A program made the translations under genes and the position numbers. DNA of 54,078 bases, filler included, from Jimgerdemannia flammicorona (Eukaryota), in NCBI GenBank assembly GCA_003990765.1. It is 3 parts of 3 records of this genome, joined end to end, with 100 filler letters (N's around TTAATTAATTAA, not from the genome) between each part and the next. Parts side by side here need not be neighbours in the genome. Positions count along the whole stretch, not along the records: positions 36,124 to 54,078 come from RBNJ01002349.1; 2 more parts are not named here. One strand, given 5' to 3'. The stretch's first letter is position 1. Each line of letters begins with the position of its first letter. Of the stretch, positions 36,124-49,500 are shown one piece after another. The notes under the pieces were generated by a model. It ran no database searches. It saw only the letters and a list, made by a program, of their open reading frames with translations, and was not told the DNA's origin.

Positions 36124-37734
36124 CAAAAAAAAAAACAAACAAAAAATCTCCCTAACCTCTTATTACGCCTCTCCTCCTCGCCTTTCTCCTCGTTCTTCAG
36201 CGCCTGGTGTTGCTTTCTCACTTTATCCTTCATCTGTCGGTCAAAGTCAAGCGCCGCGCCTTTGTCTTCGCCTTCATACATGACATCATCGTCGTCGTGA
36301 TCGCGCCCGTCGGCCTCGTTGTACGTCCGTTTCGCAATCCGCTCTACGGCTGCCCGCGTTTCGTCCAGCCCGGTGCGGGCCGATGCGGAGGCGTTGGAGA
36401 ACGATCGATTCTGGGGAACCGAGGGTACACACAAATATAACCTCGTGAGTAAGTACCCTCGATGAGTCTCGTTCGAACCCCATTCTTGAAACTGCTATTG
36501 AATATGAAATACGCATTACATCCTTCACTTCGGTCGCTTTTTCCGACGCGTTTGTCGCAAGCAATTCTTTCACGACTGTCTCCTTGCTCAGCCGTGGATC
36601 ATCCTCCAATACATCGTGACTGGATTTGATTTTGGAGCCTTGGAACTCCGGCGCCTCGAGTTCCGGAGCCTCATCCCCAAACGAGAGCAGGGCTAGATTT
36701 CTGCGATTTTTTTAGGTGAGAAACTATTGGTTAAAGGATAGAGCACACGAAAGGGAGCTCCGAAGAAAGAAGGATGTGAAATCCTGCGAAAATTGGGGTG
36801 GACAAGGGAAAGAGCAAGTAACTCACTTCTTTTCCTTCTTCTTGGGCTTCTTGGCCTCGGCCTTTTCCGCAGAAGCCGCCTCCGCGGCCAATCTCTCTTC
36901 GCGCGTGTATCTAGGAACAATGTCATCGAAGGGATTCGACAGAACTTCTGTGTCGATGATACGTGGAGGGTACAGCGGGCGTTCGTTGTCGTCAGTCTCC
37001 AGCTCGCCCATCTTGAGAATGTTGTATATAGTATCTCCGCCAATCTGCGAATTGGAAGGTAGAGAATGGATTTGTGGTTAAGCTTATACATGAAACTCTG
37101 AAGCCTGGACGCAATCAATAGAACGGTATGATTAAAGCGGAGAAACACGCACCCTCCCGAATATGGTGTGCTTGTTCTGCAGCTCCTCGGCGTGATCCAG
37201 GGTGAAGAAAAACTGACTGCCGTTGTCGTTCGCACCGAGGTTCGCCATGGCAACCAGGCCGCGCCTCACGAAGCGGAGACGAGAGTGGAATTCGTCGGCG
37301 AAGGTCTCACCGTATATAGATTCGCCACCTAGGTGGCCAGCATACGATTGATTGATCAATCTGGTGGTGATGCCAAGTTAGGCAAGGAACTACGGACCCC
37401 GTCCGACAACACCAACTCAAGCAGCAAGAGCCTTACCCTGCCCGGTGCCGGTCGGATCACCACCTTGAACAATAAATCCAGGAACAATCCTGTGGAATAT
37501 TGTGTTCGTGAAGTAACCCTCGAGACATAACTGGACAAAATTGCGGCAGGCTTTCGGGGCCTCCTTGGACCATAGTTCGATGTCGATGTCACCCGAGGTG
37601 GTATGGAGGATGACTTTGCCGCTGAAAGAAAGGCATATGAGATAGTCGTACAATCATGGGTTGGTCTAACGCAAAGAATGTGATGTGGCTCTCAATTACT
37701 TTGTGTGCGGTTCCTGGACATAAATATTACTCAT
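36124..37734 (-). CDS. CWC27: Spliceosomal cyclophilin-type PPIase Cwc27, 3' end lost in the gap
   Basis: [68 protein letters not shown]...[26 protein letters not shown] and KIKSSHD. Confidence 0.96.
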
Positions 37735-37844
37735 CTTTTCGAAGCGAAAGAGGTTTGTTATGTGTGACTGCACGCCACAGTTGTTAAGTATCTACCTGTC
37801 ATGTGACCAATTCAACCAAGAATTGTGTCGCCTGCTGAATCGGT

Positions 37845-40050
37845 TTTAAATGATCTTCATTACATAGAAAAAATTCTTATCATATTTACTAACATATATT
37901 TTAACTAGTACAGAAATAAAAAATATTACTTTTACACTTTTTTTTAAATATAATATATATTTATATATATCTTCTTTAGTAGAATGAAAATTCTCAGCCT
38001 GATAATTGACACATAATCTATATGATATACTTGTCTCGTTGACACCTTCAAAGTGACCTTGCATCTATCCACTTTTGCCATTAATAATTCTAATAGATGA
38101 GTTTGGCAGTGCTACACTTCTACAGTTTTCTCATTATAATTTTATCTCTTGAAATCATCCTAAGAGTTGTATTTAAATTGATTGACATGGTCAGGTTGCA
38201 AACATACAGATGTCAAGCCAATATGACTGCTTTTTTCCTGGGCTCAGAGTATTCACAGAACCTAAGAGTTATATTTATATTGATTGATATTTAAATCTAT
38301 AATTGCTACCTCTGTACTTTTATTGAACTATGGAATATGTATTAGCTTAATTATTTTTATTTTTTCTGATTTTATCTGACTAGTGTTGTTTCATATTATA
38401 GACTAATATCAAGTAATATTATTATTAATAATATTCTGGAGAGGAATATTAAGATTAGCAACTATAGTATTGACAGAATGTCTGTATAGTTGATTATTTG
38501 CCTATCTGAATAGTACTCAATACTTGGTAGTATTCTAATATAATACTCTATAATGTTATCTCTTATAGAAACTTAAATTTCCTAATCATTATTATATAAT
38601 AAACTCTATTGAAAAGAAAATTCATCACATATACTCTTTCTATAAATCCTAATAATAAAAAATGAAATTATTATCAGCACAGATTTCATTTCTGAGGTCA
38701 ATAGCTCAGCTCTTCTCTTAAGCTTATTAAGAAGATTCAGTATAATAGTTATGATTTAGCTCTAATACTCTACTATATAGATATAAATTCATCTTACTAA
38801 TTATATGTTCAAATAAAATTGGTATTTAATTTATTAGGAGCACTAGTAATAACATTTTTTATCATATTTTAATCTAATTTTAATGATCTTGAGCTTATTG
38901 GAAAGCTCTGAATTATAGCTTTCTAAAAAATATTATGACTTCAAAATTTGAATAATCTTTTGATAAGATATATTCATTTAATTATCTTGACTCAAATTCT
39001 GCTTTACAATTTAATCTAAATATTTATTCTATATCTACTCTTATATTCTTAAAAGTTTACAACCTTCTTCTATATATATTATATAAAATTTATTAAAGAC
39101 TTTTCTTACTTTTGCCAATATACTATCTTTATACTTTTAGTTTTACTTATATTGGTAATTCTAGAAAAATATTTTTCATTCTTTTTTATATATAATAAAA
39201 AAGCTATATCTTTTATCATCTGATACTATAGTTCTTTTATACTTTATTTTTTTTAGTATTTTCTTACTTATTTCCAATATAACTATCATTATTTTATAGC
39301 TATATAATTGATATATATTACTTAATAAACTTCTTTCTATTTGTAAGATATTTTTTTCTTTTTGCTATTAAATTCAACTATTGCATTTATTCTTCTTCTC
39401 TAATAAGATATAAGAAAAATTTATTAGTATTTTCAGAAAGTAAAATATATTGAAGCTAAAATACTTCAATTATATATATATTATAGTCCTTTATTCTAGT
39501 ATAAATCTGCTTTATGAATTCTGTTTATAATATATTTGAAGTGTTTGAACTTGTATCTAGTAAAAGTAAACTGCTTGTAATGTAAACTTTTATTTTGATT
39601 TATTCTATAACTATCTATATAAAAATTACAATCATTAAGTAATATATATATAATCTTTTTTATATAGTCTTGAGCATTCTTATAGATTTGATTTTTACTT
39701 TCAATAGTATTCAATTGAGACTTATATAGTTTATCTTATATTAGTAGTAGAATTTGAATTATAATTGATTGAAGAATATAATATAAAGTATCTATAGTAA
39801 TATAAAGATATTTTGATAATATTATATTGTTTATAATTAATATCTCTTCTTCTAATTATTCATGAGAAATCTGTAAATAAATAATAATTTTTTAGACTAT
39901 TTTTTAATTTATTCAAATTGATATTTATTTCTTAACTTTAATAGTTTTTTGAATAATTTATATATATATAGTAGAATTTGTGATATATTCAGTAGCTTGT
40001 ATCTAGATATATATAACTACAAACTAGCAATTTGTAATAAGATATTACTT
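37845..40050. mobile_element. Heavily decayed AT-rich repeat, probably a DNA-transposon relic
   Basis: Sharp switch to CpG-free, TpA-rich sequence and a gaaagct...agctttc dyad near 38900. No reliable protein motif. Confidence 0.5.
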
Positions 40051-40059
40051 ATACTGATA

Positions 40060-40212
40060 CTGTACTAGCTCTCTATATTGGCTATTAGTACTAGTACTTT
40101 TATCTAGTTTTTTAGAAGAGAGGAGAGAGTCTTGTCTCATTACTCACTCTGATGTCTTTTTTAATACCTACTGCTCATTCCAAAGCTCATAACAGTACTC
40201 TTGCTCTAGGTT

Positions 40213-40267
<55 letters not shown>

Positions 40268-41310
40268 GTTCTTTATACTGATTGTTAGTACTGGCTCTTT
40301 TATCTATCTTTATTGAAGAGAGTCTCACCTTGTTGCTCATTCTGAAGTCTTATTCTAAAGCTTCTCACTTTGATACTCTTTTCTGATATCTACTATTTAT
40401 TCCAAAGCCTACAATAGTACTCTTGCTCTAAATTTAAATTTTTTTTATATTCAGCTTTTCAAGAGGGAGAAGAAAGCCTCTTGTCTTATTGTTCATTTAG
40501 AAGCCTCACCTTATTACTCATTTGGAAGCCTCTCATTCTGAAGTAATACTCTTTTCTGATATCTACTACTTATTTCAAAGCCCATAGTAATAGTATTCTT
40601 ACTCTAGGTTCAGATTTTTCTTTTTTTGATTCTTTATATTGACTATCAGTACTGGCTCTTTTATGCTATAAGTAGTTTACATTAAAGATCCATAATATAG
40701 AGATAAATAGTTTAATTGTTTTTCTGTTTACCACTATGCTCATATTCACCATATTTATGCCCACTATATTCATATTTATATCTACTATATTCATACTTAC
40801 ATTTACTATATTCATACTCATATCTACTATATTCATACCTACTATACTTATGCCCACTATATTCACACCCACTATATTTATATCTACTATATTTATATTA
40901 TTCATCTATTTATTATTTACTTACTTATAGTTATATGGTGAGACTATAGTAATATGGTAAGATGTAACAAGACTATAGTAGGCTTTATCATTCACCTTAC
41001 TCATCATTTACTCTCTTATTATTAAAAGCTGCCCACTATATTTATACTATTTATCTACTCATCATTTACTTGCTTATAGTTATATATAGTGAAACTATAG
41101 TTATGGTTTGCTATTTCTCTATTTATTATTTTTCTGTCTTTTATTTTTTTCTTATTATTTTCTCTCTTATTACTTATTATTTATCTGTTTACTACTATTA
41201 TAACAATTTCACAGTTATATTTAGTCTTAGTATATTTTTATATCTTTTAGTTAGTCTTTTCTTATTATTTCTTGAATATTCTACTATGTTCCACTATCTT
41301 CTACTTACTT
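40060..41310. repeat. Nested degenerate tandem repeats
   Basis: Longer units containing ttccaaagc...agtactcttgctcta (40060-40660), 15-21-bp tatctactatattca units (40730-40900), and tacttatagttatat..tgagactatag units (40900-41310). Confidence 0.8.
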
Positions 41311-41314
41311 TACT

Positions 41315-44300
41315 AGTAACATTCAGGTGACATAAGGCTCAGACAATACTTTCTACAATGTTTTTGATAAAAGACAATTAGTAACATAGACAGCAATGAA
41401 TATACTAGTGAGTATGTCAGCCAGGGGGGCAGCAGTGTCTTCAACTGGCAGTATATAGAGAGGAGGAGAAGTAATGGTTTGGAAATACTAAAGCCTTCTA
41501 TAGTAGGCCATGGTACTGGTGGCAGAGAAAGAGACAGATTGAGGCAATGAGGAGAGGAGAGGACAACTTTTGTAGATAAGGTCAAGATGGAGAGAATGAT
41601 ATCTGGTCTAGATAGTTGGCTGGACCTGGGGAAGGCATCAACAGCTACTGTTGAGGGACAGGAAGAGGTCACCTTGGAAGAGTTGGGTAGTAGGGAAGGG
41701 GGGGGAGTAGAGGCTGGAGATATGACTGCTGATGGAGCTGTAACTGGAGATCTGAAAAAAAATCTAGATGTGATGGTGGTTGACAGTTCAGAACAGGGGG
41801 TGGGCATGAGGCCCAGGGACCTAGTAGATAGTGTGATGGATTTGGTATCAGCACCATTACTCAAGAAATCAAGATCAGAATTTGCTGTCACATTGTGTTT
41901 CTGGGGCTTGGCAGTAACTGCAAGAATGATCTTAGGGCCGATGGTACAAAAGGTAAAGGAGGCAGCTTTGATGAAGTTCTTAAAGAAGAAGGAAGGAGTT
42001 GAGGTCAGGTTCAAGAAAGAGGTGTTATTGTTGGAGACCATGAAGAAAGGGGTAATAGTGGGTAGAGTAGTGGTCCCTATGGCCAGATGCATATGCTGGG
42101 ACCCCTGAGTGGTACAGTTGATGGTACTGGATCTTTCTATGATGTCAAGAGAGAGGGCCAGAGAGTTGATTATAGAACCAGTCAAGGAGTATGGGGAGAT
42201 TATAAACATCAGGTTCAGAGTCTGGGAGAGTACTGAGCTCTGGACTAGTGACATCAACATCTGGGTGAGGCTGGCTAGAAAGGAGAATATAGGAAAGATA
42301 AGGGACTGGCCAGCATCTCTTAAGTAGGGACTAGTGGAGTATAAGGTCTCACAGGTGAAAGGAATACCAGAAGAGGAGGAGGATTTGCTGGAGGCTCTTA
42401 AGGATCTGGTAGGAGAGGTTGAGAAGAGAAGATTGGCTTAGAAGGAGTATGAAGCCAAGATGGTGGTGGAAATAGTAGATGACAAAAGGATCAGGATGGA
42501 CCAGATAACCTGGGAGAAGATGCAAGAGAGATGAATTCAGAAGGAGCTATTGGAGAAGTTGGGAGGTAGTAGGGTAGATAGCAGTACAGGAAAAGGGGGG
42601 TACAGGACTGTAGAAGAGTGTCTGGGCTGGGGAGCACAGAATGGCCTAAGGTAGGGCCTAGGGGAGACTGAGTGAGAAGAGACAGAGTAATATGGAGGCA
42701 GATATAGAAATGAGTGAGGAAGTACAACCTTAGTATAGTGTTCCAGATAGGGCAGGGGGTGAGAAAGAACTACTAGATGTATCCAAGGAGGAATAGGATG
42801 AGTCAGTGAGGAGGAGCACTTTAGTGGACCCAGAGATGGGGGTTGAGAGAGTTGCTCAGGGTGTTGCAGAGATGGTTGATAAGGAAAAGTAGCTGTGGAA
42901 GACTCTGAAGGGGGTAACAGTAGAGGAGCTAGGGAGAGAGGACTTCTGGGTTATAAAAGATAAGCATTAGGAGAAAATTCTTCATGGTGAGGAGGTACCA
43001 AGGAAAGTTAGAAATGAGATTCTGGTGGTACTCTTGGAATCAGTTAAATACTAAGTAGATGATCAGTAGGAGGAGGAACTCTAAGTAATTGTGAATGACC
43101 AGGCAGTATACTTGTGGAATTTGAGGAAGGGTTAGAGAAGTGGAGAGTAGTCTGCATGGATTATTAGGTGGAAATGGAGGTAGTGGATAGAGCAGAGTGT
43201 CAAAATATCTTGGAGGCATTGAATACTCAGGCTGTAGTAAAAGGTGATCTAGAAGCAGAGCAGTACTTGGATTTGGCTAAAGATGAGATGAGTATGGAAT
43301 ACTAGGCTGGGTTCTCAACATCAATCATTATTCAATATGAATAGTATAACTAGAATCTTCTCTTTGAATATAAATGGATTAAGGAGTATAGCTTAGTAAA
43401 GGTATATTTTTAGTTGGCTCAAGAGCCTGGATGCAGATTTCTTCTTATTACAGGATATGCAATATAAGGTGGATGTGAACTCACAGAATTGGAGAAGAGA
43501 ATGGGAGGGGGCAGCATTGTGGACTGGGCAGGTGGGTATTCTAATTAGAAAGGGGATGGAGGACATTGGTGATGTTGGACATTGGGGGAGCAGATTGGTA
43601 TAGAGAGCATAGAAGAGGCCTGGATGGAGTCCTTTGACCATTGGATCATATTATTGCCTGGTAGAGAGGGGGGAATGTATAAATTGGATCAGAAATTTGA
43701 GAGAGGCTGGTGTTATGAGTGAGGTGGGAATTGACTGCCTAGGAGGTGATTTCAATATAGTACAGAATAGTGTGGTGGATAGGACTAATGGTGGGAGAGA
43801 AATGAGGGACAGAAGTGGTGGATTGGATGATTGGATGGAGATGGAGAGGTTGAGTTTCTTAGTAGACTCAGAGAGACAGTTTTGGAAGGATCATTGAATT
43901 TATACTCATTGGATGGCAGGGCTGGGCTCCAGAATTGACTGAATATTGATGGCAGAGTATTGGAGAGTGGATGTCTGAGTGGAGCTGGAGGTAGTTTGGT
44001 GCCCTTGGTCAGATCACTGGAGTCTGATAGAGAGGGGGAGGTTTGGGGGAAGTGGAGATAGGCCTGGATATTGGCAGCTGAATTCCTCTTTATTGAAGGA
44101 TAGTTCTTTATGAGCAGACTGGGAGATAGAAGTTGTTGGGAAAATTGACAGATGGTGGGAGCAGGAAATGATGATTGGGGATCACTAGCAGAGGCTGAAA
44201 TGGAGTGCTCAGAGATACTAGAGAGAGGCAGAGAAAGGAAGAAGTGCTCAGTAGTGGCAGAGAGTGCAATGGGCTTCATAGTGATTGGCAGTGCTCCTGG

Positions 44301-46544
44301 GTAGATGGGTGGGGATACTTGAGGATGAGAAGGTGGCTGACTGGTATATTCTACAAATCCAAAAGGAAGTTGATGAACTTAAGGAGATATTACAAATAGA
44401 GAAAGAGGTTAAGTTGAAGGAGATGGTGGCAAGATTGTGGTGGCAAGGGTTGGAGGAGGGAGAGAGATCCACTAGGTTTTTATCACAGTTACTCCAAGTG
44501 TAGAGAACTAAACAGTAGTGGGATGGTATCTTAAGTAAGAATAGAGAGATGGTGGTAGAGACTCCTATGATTCTGGGATTGCTGAGGATATACTGGAGGA
44601 ACTTATGGAGTGAGAAAGAAGGGGGTAAGGATGCCCTGGCATTAAGTATCAACTAGAGAATTGGTATCCAGACCCTGTATTGGGCCTGAGAATGCTGGGG
44701 GAGCCAGTGAGGGGAGAGGAAGTGTGCAAGGTACTGGCTGCAACAAGTAAGAGAACTGCTCTGAGAGAAAATAGACTGCCCTGGGATTTTTGGAAGAAGA
44801 TGGCTGGGGTGGCAGTGGCTCTGGAGGAGATGATAGTAATATATAATAAGGTGCTTCAATCTGGAGCTTGGATTGGGAGCTAGCATCTAGAGCTGGTCTC
44901 TTTACTCTATAAGGATAAGGAGAGAAGGAAAGATTGGAAGAATTGGTGACCAATTATGCTTCTCAACATAGACTGCAAGCTGGTGATAAAGATCTTGATA
45001 ACTAGGCTGTAGGGGATCACTCAGCAGATACTAGAAGTAGAATAGTAGAGATTTGTTAGTGGCCAGTTGATCTGAGATAGTACTGCCTGGGTCTATGGAG
45101 TAATTGAGGAGGCTCAGACTGCTGGGGTGGATGGTTGGTTGGTATTCCTGGATCAGAAGAAGGTGTATGATAGAGTGAGGAGAGTCTGGCTAGAGAGAGT
45201 ATTGAAATAGATGAAGGTTTCCCCAGAGTTCAGAAGGGCATTAATCAGTCTATTGGAAGACAGTCAAGCAGTACTAGTAGTGAATAGATACAGGGGTGTG
45301 ACCTTTTCACTAGGACATAGAGTGCTATAAGGAGACCCTTTGTCACCCATCCTTTATACCCTTTCCTTAGAGCCCCTATTAGATAAGATCTGGTATTGAA
45401 TTGGGGGTTTGGATATTTTGGGGATTAATTGAAAGATAGGGGTATTTGCCAATGATATGGTGATTGGACTGGGTTCATTGGAGGATGTGGAGGAACTGAG
45501 AAGGACAGTGGAATGGTATGAGAGTGGCTCAGATGCTAGGCTCAATTGGTATAAGTATGAGACCCTGGTGTTAGGTAATGGCATAGTTGGTGGAGATATA
45601 ATTGGGATGATGGTTCCAGCAAGAGAATCAGTTCAATACTTGGAGATATACTTTTTGGTGTATGGGTCCCTTCTGCCCTATATATGGTGGGAACAGCAGC
45701 TCTTAGTGTGGGGAAATGTGCTCTTGAAGTGGGGTGGTTCTTCGCAGAAAGGGTGATGGTACTAAATGTATATTGGCTGTTAAAGTTGTAGTATGTGGGG
45801 TATCATCTGGACTTTCCAGCATGGGTAGTTAGGTGACTTCTAAAGATGGCAAGATCATGGATCTGAGCTGGGCAGTAAAGTCAGATAAGATGAGAGGTTC
45901 TGACCTAGTCTGTTGACAGAGATGGATTAGGCCTGATAGACTTTACTAAATACCTTCATTGTCTGAGAGTGTGGTGGCTAAAAAGAGTGAGTGAATTGAG
46001 AGGCCAGGAGTGGGTTTCTCTCATACAGAGAGTATGGAAAACCTGATATTTCCCTCATAGAGTAACTGGCAATCTGCTTACAATGGTGGCTCTGGATAGG
46101 AGTAAGAGGATGCAATATAGGGGTTTTTGGTAGAGAGTAGTAGATAGTATAAGGAAAATTGGACTTTAGTAGCAGAGTGATGAAGAAGAGGAGATCTGAG
46201 GATCATAGATATAGAGATAAGATAGATTACTACTGGGTGGTATATTGGTGGAGGATTTCTAGCTTAACAATGGAATAGATTATATGTAGGACTTAGAGGA
46301 AGACCTGTGGCCTGAAGTGTGGCAGAGGGTAGAGATTGGTAAGAAGTGGGACTAGAATAGTCTTTGGCCTTAGAGTAAGCAAGTAATGTAGTGGCTTCCC
46401 CCCAAGTTCTGGATAGTATAGTGGAGGTTTTTAAGACAGAATGTGATACTGAACTATTAGTCTGGACATTTGGTAGCAGATGGTATATTTGAATATAAGA
46501 AATGTATAGATATTGGTCAGAAATAGATCACACCTTTCTCCTAT
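41315..46544 (+). mobile_element. L1/Tx1-like LINE copy A (ORF1 ~41390-43305; ORF2 from 43337), decayed, cut near the C-terminal Cys/His motif
   Basis: APE endonuclease (SLNINGLR, GGDFN, RID). RT (LPWDFWK, PIMLLN.D.K, FLDQKKVYD, GDPLSPILY, FANDM). Confidence 0.92.
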
Positions 46545-49500
46545 ATAATTCACATTACACAAACTTCAAGCAATGGTTTTCAACATAGCTCAGAGAGAAG
46601 GTATTATAAAAATATCATCAAGTAAGAGTTCTGATAGGTGTGCTGGGTCAGGTGGACCTGGGGCTTTCAGCTGGCAGCATGTGGGGAGAGGTTATAGATT
46701 GGGAATGGGGGCTTTTGGAGAGTCAAAGGGTGGCAAAGGCTCTGGAGGAGGACTAGTATCTGGTAGATCTGAGGGAAGACCTGGTCTCTTCAGCTTTGCC
46801 AACAAGGTGAAGGCAAGTAGATGGTCTGCTGGAACCAGGGCTGGTGCTGCTGATGGGAAAGGCAAGGCTAGTATCAGAAGGGAGAGTGGCCCTCAGGGGA
46901 GAGAGGTAAGTATAGGGGCTGGAGGGGCTGTAGCTGGGGGTATGACTGTTGATGGGAATGTGATGAGGGATCAGAAAAAAAAATGAGATGTGATAGCTGA
47001 TGGCCAGGTGGGGCAGGGGCTCCCAATGCAGAAGGGGGACCTGGCAGATAGTGTAATGGGGCTGGTGGTGGCCCCATTGCTCAAGAAGTCAATTTCGGAG
47101 TTTGTGACTACCTTGTACTTTTGGGGCTTGACAGTAATAGCGAGGATAGTTCTGGGGCTTATTTTGAAGCAAGTAGCTAGAGTAATCTCAGTGAAGTTCC
47201 TGAAGGGTCTGGAGGGGGTTGAGGTGGGCTTTGGAGGTGGGCCTATTAGATGAGGCCCTGAAGACTGGAGTAGTGGTTGAGGAAGTGGTGGTCCCCATGA
47301 TGCAGTGCTTGAGATAGGACCCCAGGGTGGTGCAGCTTCTGGTGAGGGGGGTACTAATGGTGATGAAGGAGGAGACTAGGAGGAGGGTGGAGGAGGTAAT
47401 GGTAGAGTATAGTGATGTAGTAGACATTGGCTTCCAGATGTAGGAGGAGACCACATTCAGGATAGGTGATGTCAATGTCAGGATTTGGCTGGCAGAGAAG
47501 GAGGCCACAGAGAAGACAAGTAACTGGTCCTTGGTGCTAATGTGGGGGGCTTTTGTCTATAAGGTGTCGAGAGTGAAAGAGAGTGAAGAAGAGGAGGAGG
47601 ACTTGTTGGAGACTCTGAAGGAGTTGAGTGATGTAGTTGAGAGGAGGGCAAAGGCCTGGAGAGTGTTTGAGAAGTTGACATATCTGGAGATTGTGGATGG
47701 GAAGCATATTCATACTGACAAGAGGCAGTGGGAGTGGGCACAGGGGTACAGGAGGCAGAGGGAGCTATTGGTGAGTATAAAAGGAGAGGTGAAGAAGAAG
47801 GCAGATGGGGCTGAGGTGTCTGGGGGTGTCAAAGCCAGTATCTGGGCTAGTAAAGGAGAAGGAGAGATGGAGGCAAGCAAGGAAGGAGCTGGGAAGGTAT
47901 TGAGCAAGAACCCCTATACAGATGGCACATTTGAGGTCTGGGAGCAGGAATTGGATGCCACTCTCCCCCCTCTTGTCAGGAGGGGCCTGGCTGTGAAGAG
48001 AGGGATGACAGCAGATATGCTGATGCAGGGGGCCCAGTGAGTGCACTTTGGGGTCCCTGATGTGGTGAAAGGGGGCCAGGTGGTGGTAGTTGGTGAGGAT
48101 GAGCTGGTGGATGTCCCTGAGGAGGAGTGGGATGAGGCTGCTAGTGTAGGAGCTGATACCACAATGTTGGATGTAGGGCAACCAGAGACCATGAGAGAGA
48201 AGGAGGTAGGGAATCTGCTGTAGATGAGTAAGGTGATGGATAATCTTACAGCTGAGGAGTTGGGAGAGGTGGACCTACATGTGATGCCTGAGGAGCATTG
48301 GGCATGGATTCTGTATAGTAATGGAGTGGTGGAGATACTGAAGGTAGAGATTCTGGTGATTTTCATGGAGGAGGAGGAATATGAGATTGATAAGATGAGG
48401 GAAGAGAAGCTAGCAGTTGTTGCTGGTGAGTGGGCTGCCTACTGTTGGGCAGAGCATCATAGTTTGCAACTCTGGCAGGAGGCCTGTCTGAAGTATTGTA
48501 AGGACTTTGAGGAGAGAGAGAATGGGGTGATGGCTGAACTTCTGAAAGGGTTGGAGGTACAGAAAGCTGAGAAGAAAGAACTAGTGGCAGAATGTGACTT
48601 GGACTTGGCACAGAAGAAGTTAAATGTGGATTTGTAGAGGATGTATATGAGATATAACATTATTTCTTATAAACAGTACAACTAACATTTTCTCTTTGAA
48701 TGTGAATGGGTTAAGGAGATTTGGACAGTGTAGGACCATTTTTACTTGGCTTAAGAGATTGGAGGCTGATCTATTTTTACTATAGGACATATGGTGTGAG
48801 AGTGAAAAAGATCAAGTGGAGTGGACTAGAGAATGGGGAGGGGCTACTGCTTGGAATGGCAAAGTGGCAATTCTGGTGAGGAAGAGTAGAGGGGACTTGG
48901 GTAGAATTCAGAGTTGGGGGGACCATTTGATCTGGGGAGAATGATACCAACCTGGATAGGAATTAGTGAGGGTTGACTTCTGCTACTACCCTGCAGTTAG
49001 GGATGAGTAGATTGAGTAGATTAGAGATCTGTTGGAGGAGGGTGTTTTCTTGGAGGAAGGTGTTGATATTCTGAGAGGTGACTTTAATATGGTGTGAGAT
49101 CCTCAGCTAGATAGAACTGATAGAGGAAGGAGTGCAGGGGGGAGGAGTGGTGGACTGGATAAGTGGGAGGAGGTGGAGAATCTTAGCTCCTTAGGAGATA
49201 TGGGCAGAATACAGTGGGGTGAAAGAAGGGTCTATACATACTGGGTGAATGGATTGGGTATAAGAATTGACTGGATTCTGATGGCCAAGTGTTGGGGTGC
49301 TGATGTTTGAAGAACTCTGGAGGTGGAGTGGTGTCCTTGGTCTGATCACTAGGGGCTATTGGAGCAGAGACAGTTTGGGGGAAGTGGAGATGGACCTGGA
49401 CATTAGTGCCTTAACTCCTCCCTGCTGGTCAAGAAGAGATTGTGGGACTCATAGGTGGAGGATGTCCAAGTGAAGATTACCACCTGGATATGTGAGGGAT

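Noticed and set aside
40666..41330. Hydrophobic or repetitive ORFs (NIV, IFI repeats)
   Set aside because: They are products of AT-rich tandem repeats.
41313..42260. 315-aa minus-strand ORF (and similar ORFs at 47765-48611)
   Set aside because: These are Ser/Leu/Pro-rich antisense shadows of purine-rich LINE ORF1.
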